A stretch of 60,184 bases of DNA, counting the filler, from Barthelona sp. PAP020 (taxonomy: Eukaryota): NCBI GenBank assembly GCA_040182905.1. It is 3 parts of 3 records of this genome, joined end to end, with 100 filler letters (N's around TTAATTAATTAA, not from the genome) between each part and the next. Parts side by side here need not be neighbours in the genome. Positions count along the whole stretch, not along the records: positions 20,129 to 40,156 come from JARQWU010000197.1; 2 more parts are not named here. One strand, given 5' to 3'. Shown here in pieces: positions 21,218 to 31,459 of this stretch (its first letter is position 1; every line of letters begins with the position of its first letter). Below the pieces are notes generated by a model. The model made no database searches, was not told the origin of the DNA, and was given only the letters and a program-made list of their open reading frames with translations. Made by a program: the position numbers and the translations under genes.

Positions 21218-24175
21218 ATGCCACCAAAGGGAAGACCAACACCAAAGGTAGGAGGAAAGCCTAAGCCAAAAATTGGTGGTAAACCAACACCATCAGTTGG
21301 AGGAAAACCAAAATCAAAGATTGGTTCAAAAAAGCAAGAAATTACATCACAAACATCAACAAAATCCTCTAAACAGGAACAATTAGTCCAATTAGCTTTG
21401 AAAAAGAAAGCCGAAGCAGAAGAAAAAAAGAGAATTGAAGAAGAATTAAAACGTATTGATGAAGAAATCAAATTAATGGAAGATGCAGAGGAATTTTCAA
21501 TTCAGAGAGAGCGTAGTGAACGTTCAAAGATTCGTAAACAAAAAGATGCAGAAAAAAAAGAAAAGAGACGTATTGAGAAAGAGAAAAAAGAGGAAGAAGT
21601 ACGTTTAAAACGAATGATTGCCTTAGGAATTGATGTTGAGCAATATTTAGCCCAAAAACAAGGCAAAGAAAATCAAAAAAAGAAACATTTTGTTGTGGAA
21701 GATAAAAAGGCTATTGATAGCAAAGAAGAAGATAAAATTAAAAAAGAAGCTGCTGAAGAAGATTTTGAAGAAAACGTTGATGATGACGAAGAGGCTGTTG
21801 CAGATGCCTTGGAAGAATGGGATATGGATGATGCTGAAGTTGACAATTTTGATTGGGAAGGAGATATGGATGCTGGTAATGATTGGGAAGCTGTCGTTGA
21901 AGCAGATAATTGGGAAGCTGAAGTTGCTGCTGGAGACAATGATTGGGAAGCTCAAGTTGAAGAGGAAGATTGGGAAGCTGAAGAAGTTGAACAAGACGAT
22001 TCAGACGAAAGTATTGATAATGTTGAACTTGAGAACGAATCCCCCGAATCAAATGCTGATGAAACAAGGACTTCAAAAGAATGCGATGAAGATGTTGAAG
22101 TTGAAAAGTATGATAATGGCCTTCCAAAAGATTTCGTTCCTTTGTCTGACAGTGAATACAAAAAATTTGTGAAGAATTGCAAGCGTAGAAAACAACGCGA
22201 CCAATTGGAAACATACAACCATTATTTAGATCTGTTTACAGAAATGTTCCCTCATTATGAAGATGAATTAGCACTTCAAGAAGAAAAAGAAATGAAGGAG
22301 AATGTTCGTTTACGTCGTCAACGTCGTACCGAAAAAGCACACAAAAATGTTGATCCCAATCATCTCAGAGCCCCAATTGTTGCAATATTGGGTCATGTCG
22401 ATTGTGGAAAAACTTCTTTATTAGATAAGATTAGATCTACAAAGGTTCAAGCTGGTGAGGCTGGTGGTATCACTCAGCAAATTGGTACTTCTTTCATTCC
22501 TATTGAAAAGATTGCAGAACTTGCTGGTGATTTGCCCGAACGTCGTCAAGTTACATATGAAGTACCTGGTCTATTGATTATTGATACACCGGGTCATGAA
22601 TCTTTCACCAATCTTCGTTCTCGTGGTTCATCCATGTGTGATATTGCTATTCTTGTTGTTGATGTGGTTCATGGACTTGAACAACAAACTCTTGAGTCAA
22701 TTCAAATGCTACGTCAACGAAAAGTACCTTTCATCGTTGCTTTGAATAAAATTGATCGTTCTCAAGGATGGAATGCGATTGAATGGGGTAGAGCATTGGA
22801 TTCTATTCAAAGCCAAAGTAAACCCACACAATACCATTTTGAAGAAATGTATCAACATACCATGCTTAATTTTACAGAGCAAAACTTTAATACTGCATTA
22901 TATTGGGAAAATACTGATTACAAGGCTTATTTAAGTGTTGTTCCCACTTCAGCTCAAACTGGTGAAGGTATTCCCGATTTGTTGCATCTATTGGTTGAGT
23001 TTGCCCAAAAATTCATGAAAAAGCGCATCGCATTTGTTGATGATGTTGAATGTACGTTATTAGAAGTCAAGACTCAAGAAGGTATTGGTACCACAGTCGA
23101 TTGTGTGTTGAAGAATGGTACTTTGAAGAGAGGAGATCAAATTATTTGTTGTGGAATGAATGGACCTATTATTTCGAGTATTCGTGAGCTTTTAACACCT
23201 AAACATATGCGTGAAACGAGAGTAAAGACATCTCTTGCTGCTTATGACAAGCATGAAAGTATTCAAGGGTGTATTGGTGTTCGTATTGCTGCTTCTGGTT
23301 TGCAAGAGATATTAGCTGGTACCCCTTTACTTGTAGCTGAAACTGATGATGAAGTGGCTTTCTGTTGTGATGAAGTAATGAAAGACGTCAACAATATCTT
23401 CAGCAAAGAGAACATGGCTGATGTCGGTGTCTATGTTAAAGCATCAACTCTTGGTGCCTTAGAAGCTCTTATGTCCTTCTTAAAGGATGAAGAAATACCT
23501 ATTGCTGGTGTTGGACTTGGTCCCATTCACAAGCGTGATGTTATGGTTGCACAGATTGTTTTTGAGCAATCACCACCACATGGATGTATTTTGGCATTTG
23601 ATGTTGGTATTCAACAAGATGCACAAGAATTTGCTGATGAAAATGGTATCAGTGTATTTACTGCTGACATTATTTATCACCTATCAAAGAGTTTCCATGA
23701 TTATTATGACAAAACAACACAATTGATGAAGGAAGAAGCAAGATTAGGAGGTAAACTTGTATTTCCTTGTCAATTTAAATTGGTTCCAAATTGTGTCTTC
23801 AATTCTCGCAACCCCTATGTTATCGGAATTAAAGTTTTGAGAGGTCGTTTGGAAATAAATGCCCCTGTTGTTGTTATGACTCGTGGTAATGGTAATGTGA
23901 TGATCGGACGTGTTAATTCAATGGAGATGAACCACGAAGCAGTTACTGTTGGTAATATTGGAGATGAATTAGCTGTTAAAATTTTCAGAGGATCAAAATC
24001 TCCAATGTGGACAGCAGGTGTTCATTTTAATCCCAAAGATATTCTTTGTACTCAATTGACAAAGGCTTCAGTGAAATTATTGCAATCTAGTTTTAAGGAT
24101 GAATTGACCAGTGATGATTGGGAGTTAATTGCTGAATTACAAGAACATTTCGGTATTGCCCCTGAAAATAAATAA
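21218..24175 (+). CDS. EIF5B: Translation initiation factor eIF5B
   Basis: LRAPIVAILGHVDCGKT, GEAGGITQQIG, IDTPGHESFTNLRSRGSS, NKID, ASTLGALEAL. Confidence 0.97.
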   Translation: MPPKGRPTPKVGGKPKPKIGGKPTPSVGGKPKSKIGSKKQEITSQTSTKSSKQEQLVQLALKKKAEAEEKKRIEEELKRIDEEIKLMEDAEEFSIQRERSERSKIRKQKDAEKKEKRRIEKEKKEEEVRLKRMIALGIDVEQYLAQKQGKENQKKKHFVVEDKKAIDSKEEDKIKKEAAEEDFEENVDDDEEAVADALEEWDMDDAEVDNFDWEGDMDAGNDWEAVVEADNWEAEVAAGDNDWEAQVEEEDWEAEEVEQDDSDESIDNVELENESPESNADETRTSKECDEDVEVEKYDNGLPKDFVPLSDSEYKKFVKNCKRRKQRDQLETYNHYLDLFTEMFPHYEDELALQEEKEMKENVRLRRQRRTEKAHKNVDPNHLRAPIVAILGHVDCGKTSLLDKIRSTKVQAGEAGGITQQIGTSFIPIEKIAELAGDLPERRQVTYEVPGLLIIDTPGHESFTNLRSRGSSMCDIAILVVDVVHGLEQQTLESIQMLRQRKVPFIVALNKIDRSQGWNAIEWGRALDSIQSQSKPTQYHFEEMYQHTMLNFTEQNFNTALYWENTDYKAYLSVVPTSAQTGEGIPDLLHLLVEFAQKFMKKRIAFVDDVECTLLEVKTQEGIGTTVDCVLKNGTLKRGDQIICCGMNGPIISSIRELLTPKHMRETRVKTSLAAYDKHESIQGCIGVRIAASGLQEILAGTPLLVAETDDEVAFCCDEVMKDVNNIFSKENMADVGVYVKASTLGALEALMSFLKDEEIPIAGVGLGPIHKRDVMVAQIVFEQSPPHGCILAFDVGIQQDAQEFADENGISVFTADIIYHLSKSFHDYYDKTTQLMKEEARLGGKLVFPCQFKLVPNCVFNSRNPYVIGIKVLRGRLEINAPVVVMTRGNGNVMIGRVNSMEMNHEAVTVGNIGDELAVKIFRGSKSPMWTAGVHFNPKDILCTQLTKASVKLLQSSFKDELTSDDWELIAELQEHFGIAPENK

Positions 24176-24339
24176 TTTTTAATTTGTTATTGTTCATTCT
24201 TTGAGAATTGAATTTTAGGAAAAATTCAATTAAATGATATTAAATGTTGAAGAATGATGTGATAAAAGTGATGTGGCAAATTTGAAGAACAACTTTAATT
24301 TCCATGCCAAGAAGTGCCTTGGTTATGAATAAAATTTTT

Positions 24340-24425
24340 TCCAAACCAAGAAGCTCTGGGTATGAGTAAACAAAACAGAATAGTGTTTATTTGGTTGATG
24401 GCTGAGGCCCAATTGACCTGTTGAA
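24340..24425. repeat. Repeat module D, partial copy
   Basis: CCAAACCAAGAAGC...GTATGAGTAAACAAAACAGAATAGTGTTTATTTGGTTGATGGCT matches 52291-52380 and 54985-55075. Confidence 0.8.
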
Positions 24426-24455
24426 ATGCCTAAAGTATTCTTTTTTTTTTATGTT

Positions 24456-24740
24456 AGTAGCAAAAACGGATGGATTTCAGGCAAAAGAGAATATAAATGT
24501 GTTTAAGGTTTCTTCTTGCAATTTCTGATATTAATGTGTATCAAAATTGAGAAGCTCAAGTAATAATAACAGAAATCATCGGAGAATTCAAAGATTAAGA
24601 ATATAAACAAATGAATTAGGTTAACTAGGAATGTCAAAGTCCTACAAAGAGAACATAAGTGGAGACATTAAAGTGAATCAAGGAGCTGAAGGAAAGTATT
24701 ACACTTTTCTTTAAATACCCAACCATCTATACTGGAAGCA
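24456..24740. repeat. Repeat module A copy
   Basis: Reverse complement of 455-735. Confidence 0.85.
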
Positions 24741-24744
24741 ATTC

Positions 24745-25153
24745 TTTATTTTTTTTTCTTGTTCGAACCTTTTCCAGAACTTACCCAAATCAGAGACTAA
24801 GAATTTCAGTTGATTAATAAATAATAAACCTTAATCTTTATTCTTTTCGGGGTCCAGCGTTCCTGAAAGGAACCTCTCTTTTTTTTGTGACCTACTCTTT
24901 TTTGGGCTTTCGTAGGAGAGCTACGCCCTATGCGGGATGTGAAATACTGCATTATTAATTGCTCAAAAGAGCTTAACACTCCGATATTTTAAAAATTTAT
25001 CCTAATTGTGCAAGTTTCCATGCATTCACCTTGGTAGGTCAAAAATTTGAGGGTAGGTTAAGGAAAAGTTCCGTACCTCTAGGGAAAAAGGAAGAATCGG
25101 AAAATTTCGATTCGCCAAAGATAATGGCTTGTGAACAACCCTCATTTTTTTTT
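24745..25153. repeat. Hairpin-rich ~400 bp element E, copy 2
   Basis: Reverse complement of 11706-12115. Confidence 0.9.
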
Positions 25154-25154
25154 A

Positions 25155-25295
25155 AGAGTGTTCTGAACCATCCACGCAAAACGACTCAGTTGCAAGTACC
25201 CCAAAAGTGTTCGTAGCAAAGCGGACGGATTTCACCCAAAAGACAAAATAAAAATTGTTCTAGGTTCTATTCTTGCACTTCTGATTGTTAAATAT
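25155..25295. repeat. Repeat module B followed by a partial module A
   Basis: GAGTGTTCTGAACCATCCACGCAAAACGACTCAGTTGCAAGTACCCCAAA (also near 25531 and 39650), then AAGTGTTCGTAGCAAAGCGGACGGATTTCAC (reverse complement of 711-741). Confidence 0.85.
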
Positions 25296-25529
25296 GATCC
25301 AATACATATACAATAATTTATAATAAGAATAAGAACGTTACACAAGCTGTAAGTAAAGTTAAAATTAGTTTCCAATCAGAATTATCTTAATTCGCAACAC
25401 AATGAAAGAACGTGAATTTATCTGTTTGATAAATGAGATCAAGTAAACAATATTCTAAACAGCTCTATATCACTATTTTGTTTAAGTTTAGCTTCTCCCT
25501 GGGAAAGAACCTTCTTTTTTTTTTTTTAG

Positions 25530-25590
25530 GAGAGTTCTGAACCAATCTACGCACAACAGACCAGTGACAAGTAACCCAAACTCTAACCTT
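25530..25590. repeat. Repeat module B, diverged copy
   Basis: GAGAGTTCTGAACCAATCTACGCACAAC...CAAGTAACCCAAACTCTAAC. Confidence 0.7.
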
Positions 25591-25766
25591 GAACAGTAAA
25601 AGCTTTTATTAAATGTTTATTATTTTATCGAGTGAACTCATACCGAGAACAATAAAGGTCTTTATAAGCCTTAATTGTTATTGTCGTGTGAATTGTCTGT
25701 GAAAATCTTTATAATATCTTTCTGATAGAGACTCGATCCTCTTCCCTTGTTTTATGAGGGAGAAAA

Positions 25767-25840
25767 TGGTACCACTGGGGCTTGAACCCAGGACCTTCGG
25801 TTTATTAGACCGAAACACTAACCAACTGTGCTATGGTACC
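25767..25840 (-). tRNA. tRNA-Ile (anticodon AAT)
   Basis: Cloverleaf: acceptor GGTACCA/TGGTACC, D arm GCAC/GTGT, anticodon arm TCGGT-CTAATAA-ACCGA, T arm CTGGG-TTCAAGC-CCCAG; TTTT follows. Confidence 0.96.
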
Positions 25841-25947
25841 ATTCTCTTCGTTACAAGCATATTGATGTTTTAAATAAAAATAGATCGGTTCTTTCAAGAA
25901 GTGTTCATTTTCTTTTAATCTTTTATAAAATAAAAAACTTAAATTAT

Positions 25948-27264
25948 TTAAACTGAGTTTACGGTGAAATACTTCTGTCTAATAACTTTTGCCCTATCTG
26001 CTAATTTAACCAAATTATCAAAATAATTCTTACCAAATTCCTTTTCCAAAACAACATCATCGGTTGCAAATCCAGTATATCCTAACAAAATTCTAGGTAT
26101 TATACTGTTTGAATCTGAAGCTTGTGTACAAATTAATTCCAAAAAATCAAACACTTTGAAAACAATGAAAAACAGCTCAACCTTAAGTTGTTTGTTCAAT
26201 ATGCTCATCAAAATGGAGTCCAAAAAATTGCCAATTATTTGAAAAAACTTAGAAACGTTTGATTCAAATATTTTAACAACTGAATCTTCATCAAGATGTT
26301 CAATAACCATTTTATGTATCTTCTTTGGATCTACATCATCTAAATGCCGTTTAACAGGACTAGGTGTGGATAACTTATGAGTTGGGTTTGCAGATGTATA
26401 CATTAATCTCAAAGATTCCAATTGTAACGGTGAATTAACAGTGTTTTTATAATAAATGGAAGACACAAGAAACAAAATCATAATGCAGTAACAATCCAAC
26501 TCAACATCTTTCTTTTTGTTTTCAACAAACTCAATAAGCTTTATTACAGAAGAAAATTGCTTTAAACAAAAGATAATGTATCCATTTGTAACAAATTCAA
26601 TTAAAAGTTGAAGAAATGATTTTTGCCGAATTGAAGACATTTCAACCAAATGAAATTTATCCTTAATACAAAGATACATCTCTTCTAAAGCTTTGAAAAC
26701 AACAGGATGATTTATACTTATAAAAATATGGGAAATATTCAAACATTCATCAAAATATTCTTCATATAATAACAATAACCGCTCACAATGTAATTTTATT
26801 ATCGTTTCTAATCGATACACATTATCACTATCAATACACAATTGAATAGTCATTAAATTCATGGTTAAACTTTCAATTAATGCTTTTAAATATCTGCTAT
26901 CATCCGTTATGTTAAGTATTTGAGTTAATGTTTCTAAAATTTCATAAATATTGGGAAAAAAAGTTTGAGGCTTGAATTCTAAAAATCCTAAATCTAATGG
27001 TTTATAAAATGGGCTATTTCGTTTATTTTCACCGTTTTTACTAAATTGAGGCTCTCTTTTAGCTTGGTTCTTTTCTTGTTTTGAAGAATTGGTTGAAGGT
27101 AAATGAAAAGATCTTGAAATCCTTGATGCATTGAGCGATGAATCAGATATACTCGTGTGTGGTCTTTTTTGAGGATATCGACGTTGTATTTGTGAAGGAC
27201 GAATTATTCCAAATTGACTAGATTGAGATAAATCAAGTGACGACCGATCATTATTATTCATCAT
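25948..27264 (-). CDS. Hypothetical protein (S/R-rich N-terminus, helical C-terminal region)
   Basis: Long ORF; first ATG at 27264. Confidence 0.7.
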   Translation of the reverse strand: MMNNNDRSSLDLSQSSQFGIIRPSQIQRRYPQKRPHTSISDSSLNASRISRSFHLPSTNSSKQEKNQAKREPQFSKNGENKRNSPFYKPLDLGFLEFKPQTFFPNIYEILETLTQILNITDDSRYLKALIESLTMNLMTIQLCIDSDNVYRLETIIKLHCERLLLLYEEYFDECLNISHIFISINHPVVFKALEEMYLCIKDKFHLVEMSSIRQKSFLQLLIEFVTNGYIIFCLKQFSSVIKLIEFVENKKKDVELDCYCIMILFLVSSIYYKNTVNSPLQLESLRLMYTSANPTHKLSTPSPVKRHLDDVDPKKIHKMVIEHLDEDSVVKIFESNVSKFFQIIGNFLDSILMSILNKQLKVELFFIVFKVFDFLELICTQASDSNSIIPRILLGYTGFATDDVVLEKEFGKNYFDNLVKLADRAKVIRQKYFTVNSV

Positions 27265-27386
27265 AAAATTCTCATTCGAAAAAGACAATAATTTATTTAA
27301 AAACAAAGAAAAAAAAATAAAATGTCCAAAAATTTCCAAAAAAATTTTTCCTTTTAGTTTCACAAAAACACATTACCTGAATAATA

Positions 27387-27774
27387 ATGGGTTAGTTTCT
27401 GTTTATTTTCATTTTCTAATATGTCAGTTGATACTACTATTGCCGATTTAAGAAAGCAACTTGCCGAACAAAAACGTCAACTCTTGGGTCTTCGTCTCGA
27501 TAAGGTCACTGGATCCGGTGGTGCCAAAAAGCTTTTGAAGATCTCTAATACTCGTAAGGGTATTGCAAAGATCAATACAAGTATTCGTCAAATTCAACTT
27601 GCCGAACTTCGTGAAGAATATAAGGGAAAATCTTTAAAACCCATTATTATCCGTCGTAAGTTTACTCGTGCTATGCGTCGTCAACTTTCCGAAAAGCAAC
27701 TCAACGCCAAGGTCCCCAGACAAATTAAGCGTGAAAAGGCTTTCCCTAAGCGTGTTTATGCCGTTACCGCTTAA
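27387..27774 (+). CDS. RPL35: 60S ribosomal protein L35 (uL29); probable 4-nt first exon
   Basis: RKGIAKINT, YKGK..KP...RRKFTRAMRRQLS, FPKRVYAV; start is 27387 if spliced, 27421 if not. Confidence 0.93.
27391..27427 (+). other. Probable 37-nt intron just after the RPL35 start codon
   Basis: ATGG|GTTAGT...TTCTAATATGTCAG|TTGAT gives in-frame MVDTTIADL. Confidence 0.6.
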
Positions 27775-27875
27775 GTTGTTTACAACATAGGACTTCTAAC
27801 CATATAAAAATCTAGTTCAGGTTTTATTTTTCACCTTCACCTCTCTTTTCAAAGAAAAAAGTATTTAAATAATCT

Positions 27876-28895
27876 TTACATCGATTCGGGAAACGTTGTT
27901 CTTCTAACTGAAAAATTAGATTTTAATGAAGGCTTAGAAGAATAATATTGACCAGGACCTGGATTAAAATTTGAATTGGAACCAAATCTTGATTTTGTGG
28001 AAAGGAATGCTGAATGATAAACATGTTTTTTTTTCTTTCGATTCATTTGATCTCTATCAATATTATATTCCCCTGGACCTGGGTATTGATCTGAAGGTGC
28101 TGAATACTTTGCATACCTGAAAACTGCAGAAGGTGTATAATCCTTCTTTAAAAATGTTTTTGATTGATTATAATAACCTGGCCCAGGAGTATCTTTTTCT
28201 TCTTTTACTGTGTGTACACTACCTTTCCAATTTTTTAAAGGACTTTCAACTGGTTCTTTTTTAACAGATACTTTTGAAATAGTCTTTCCTTTTGACTCCT
28301 TGCTTGATTTTGTGAGAAGGTTATAGGCACCAACAGGTGGCACATCACTCTTATTTTCAATATCAAAACGATTGGTTTTTAAACCAAAAGGCACAGACTT
28401 TGTTTTTAAATTATTATACGTAGTGACTGGTCTAGACTGTACTATTTCACTTGTGTATTCACCAGGACCAAGAGAATGAGTGTTTGAATAACTTTGAATT
28501 CCTCTGGGAACATTTGATCTAAATGCAGCGGACTGTGAATAACTTGAAGGCCCTGTAAAAGGTCTTGGAACCTCATAATCACCAGGACCAGGTTTAACTC
28601 TTTGTTTATATGAAAATCTAACAGGTGCAGAATCTAATGAGTGAACTATTTTTTTATTCATTTGTTGAGAAGTCGTATCATATGTTCCTGGCCCTGGAAT
28701 CTTAGATCTAGATTTATTAAATTGAAATCTTTGACTTGATTGACCAAAAGCTTTTGGTAACTCATTGGAATCATTCAAAACAGCCACCCATTTGGTTGGA
28801 ATGGAAGTACCTACTCGTGGTAGTTTGGCTGGAGGTAATCTTTGTCCAGATGTTTTTGTTCCTTGTTGTCGCAAGGAAATATTGTTATGTAGCAT
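27876..28895 (-). CDS. SHIPPO-repeat protein (STPG1-like)
   Basis: TSIPTK, FGQSSQRF, repeated PGPGxY. Confidence 0.85.
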   Translation of the reverse strand: MLHNNISLRQQGTKTSGQRLPPAKLPRVGTSIPTKWVAVLNDSNELPKAFGQSSQRFQFNKSRSKIPGPGTYDTTSQQMNKKIVHSLDSAPVRFSYKQRVKPGPGDYEVPRPFTGPSSYSQSAAFRSNVPRGIQSYSNTHSLGPGEYTSEIVQSRPVTTYNNLKTKSVPFGLKTNRFDIENKSDVPPVGAYNLLTKSSKESKGKTISKVSVKKEPVESPLKNWKGSVHTVKEEKDTPGPGYYNQSKTFLKKDYTPSAVFRYAKYSAPSDQYPGPGEYNIDRDQMNRKKKKHVYHSAFLSTKSRFGSNSNFNPGPGQYYSSKPSLKSNFSVRRTTFPESM

Positions 28896-29156
28896 AAATT
28901 CTATGTATTTTTGTTAATATACAAAATTAAAACATTAAAAAAGGATAAAAATGAATTTTGATTTTCAAAAATAAAAGTTCTTTTCACAATTAAAACCTTC
29001 CATTTATATTACACATTTTTAAATGTTAAATATTTGATTTAATTAAAAACAAACAGTGTTTCGATATATTATCCAAACTCAAAAAGAAAAAGAAATAGTC
29101 AACCCCTGCTTTTTTCATCAAAAATGTTTTTTTAATGATTAATCTGTTTTTTTTCG

Positions 29157-31169
29157 ATGGGTTGGACTTCAACCAATCGTATACTACCAATTAATAATGA
29201 ATTTTCCAATGATACAAATTTTACTGACATGATTGATGAAAACGCCAATGATTATTCAATGAATTGTTTTAAATATTATAATTTTGGAATATATCCGCAA
29301 GATTTGATTTCAATCAATCAAATACAAAATAAATATATAATTGTAAAACTTTGTGAAGAAATTGACAAAGAAATTGAAAGCATTAAAGATGGATATGTCG
29401 AAAGAATTAAATTCATTAGTGTTGAGTTTATAAATGAACATTATGAAGTTCTCAGTAAAGATGGCAAGGATGATTTCCCAGTCAATGATAGAATCGCCGT
29501 TGTTCAACGTTTTTTTCGACTATTTATAATTTTATTCGAACAAATTTTAAAAAATATAACTAATTATCAGGATTTCTTATCTTGTGAACTTCAACAAAAG
29601 TTTATTCAAACGTTTGAATTAATTTATTGGCATTTTATTACACCAAGTGAAGAATCTTGCATTTCTTGTCTTAGACAAGTATCTTTTAGATTGAAACCGT
29701 ATAAAATTCATAAGTTTGATCAAATTTTGAAATTGGATTTTTTTCAGGTATTTATTATGGGTATTTTAACTCCTATTCAATACAAATGTAGAAAATCATT
29801 AAATAATGATAGTGAAAGGAAAGAATTCGAACCAGAAATAATCAAATTTCTTTCTACCTTGAATACATGTACCAATGTAATGAATGAACTGAAAAGTGAA
29901 GTCACACGAGTTATTCGTTTAAAAACAAACCAATCACATTACTTTCTGTATTTAATGTTATTCAAAAAAATATTTCAACAATATGATCCATTAAAAGAGG
30001 GGGAAAACAAATCTAATCAAGAAAAAGATGTACTTCATGAAAGTAGTGCTTACAAATCTGCAACTAGTGAGAATTGTTGTTTTTTCAATGAAAAAGCCAG
30101 AACTATCATTCAAAAACTGTCAATAATTTCCAAACAGAACAGTTTAGGAAATCAAAAAGGTGTATCTGAAGATGATTTAATTGTAAATACATGGGTAAAT
30201 GATGAATACAATATTACAGATAATGGTCAAAAAATTGGGAAAGAATTTGTAAGAAAAGAAGTAGTAGAAGTAGAAGAAGAAGATGTTGCACAAAAAGAAC
30301 GGAATGATGATGATATTGATGATGATGAATTCATTAGAGATACTTGGAAAAGTGTAAATAAGAGTTCAAATCATCGAGAAAATGATAATATATTGAAGGG
30401 ATATGATTCTAATTCTTTTAACATTTCTGAAAATCAAAGCAAAGTGGATAAAACTGCTGAAAAAAATAAGATATATTCACAACCAGAACAATTAGCTTTT
30501 GCTCTAAATCAAATTTTAAATGAATCTGGCAGTATTGTTATAATCACTGAAATTATTGAAAATAGTCCATTCATACAACAAGCAGTAAAACATTTATTCT
30601 CTCATTATTATCAAGAATTAACTGAAAATTGTATAAGATTAGCAAAGGTTTTGAATGAAAAATATTTACCGATAATTAGAATGTTAAACGATCCTAGGTA
30701 TAATATTAGAGTATTTGCGCTGAAAAGAATGGCTAAAAGTACCTTAAATACTCGATTTAATGATTTAAAAAACATATTATTGTATGATTCTAGTTCTCTT
30801 GTTAGATTACAAGTTGTTTCAATGATTAATTCATTTGATTTGATTGATCAACAGATTGAACTGTTGCAATTGGCTTTGTTTGATTCAATTCATTCAATTA
30901 GACTTAAATCTTTGGAAGTTTTATGTCAAATTAATTTTCTTCAAGATTATGATAAAGAAATGGTTGAAAAGGCCAAATATATTATTGAAAAGATGATTAT
31001 CAATGATACAATGATAAATTGCTGTTCAAGATGTCAAGGATATATTGTTCAGTATTTTTTCCAGCAATTTAAGTTGAAAAAACTGAAGTTGAAGGATATA
31101 TTTTCAAAAAACATTGAATTGTATGAACTTTTCATAAATACTTACATTAAAGATATCATCACTATATAA
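29157..31169 (+). CDS. Hypothetical protein with C-terminal HEAT-like repeats
   Basis: LNDPRYNIRVFAL, LLYDSSSLVRLQVV, LFDSIHSIRLKSL. Confidence 0.7.
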   Translation: MGWTSTNRILPINNEFSNDTNFTDMIDENANDYSMNCFKYYNFGIYPQDLISINQIQNKYIIVKLCEEIDKEIESIKDGYVERIKFISVEFINEHYEVLSKDGKDDFPVNDRIAVVQRFFRLFIILFEQILKNITNYQDFLSCELQQKFIQTFELIYWHFITPSEESCISCLRQVSFRLKPYKIHKFDQILKLDFFQVFIMGILTPIQYKCRKSLNNDSERKEFEPEIIKFLSTLNTCTNVMNELKSEVTRVIRLKTNQSHYFLYLMLFKKIFQQYDPLKEGENKSNQEKDVLHESSAYKSATSENCCFFNEKARTIIQKLSIISKQNSLGNQKGVSEDDLIVNTWVNDEYNITDNGQKIGKEFVRKEVVEVEEEDVAQKERNDDDIDDDEFIRDTWKSVNKSSNHRENDNILKGYDSNSFNISENQSKVDKTAEKNKIYSQPEQLAFALNQILNESGSIVIITEIIENSPFIQQAVKHLFSHYYQELTENCIRLAKVLNEKYLPIIRMLNDPRYNIRVFALKRMAKSTLNTRFNDLKNILLYDSSSLVRLQVVSMINSFDLIDQQIELLQLALFDSIHSIRLKSLEVLCQINFLQDYDKEMVEKAKYIIEKMIINDTMINCCSRCQGYIVQYFFQQFKLKKLKLKDIFSKNIELYELFINTYIKDIITI

Positions 31170-31459
31170 ATCAACTTTTCAAACCAAAATAAAAATCTTT
31201 TCTTCTTTTCTTTTCTTTTTCTTCACTAAATACCAAAAATTATTTTCATATTAGCAAAAAATCTTTGAAGAGTTTTTAATACATTGCAGAAATAGTTTCC
31301 TACCTTTTTCATATCGTTTATGGAAAGATATATATTTTTATAGAAGGTAGAGTTATGAGTTTTCACTAATTGAGATTCCAATTTGCAAAATTTTTTAATA
31401 TGCAGCATATCAACAACAAAAAAAAAAATTTTAACAATGATCATTTATAAATTGCACAT

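Noticed and set aside
21647..22218. Stack of overlapping short ORFs within eIF5B, and similar antisense ORFs in other long genes
   Set aside because: Shadow frames from low-complexity or biased coding sequence.
24745..25153. Element E as SRP RNA, RNase P/MRP, hammerhead or snRNA; ORF 25031-25216
   Set aside because: Diagnostic motifs not found (no SRP helix-8 loop, no CTGATGA core, no convincing P4 partner); the ORF runs across repeat boundaries.
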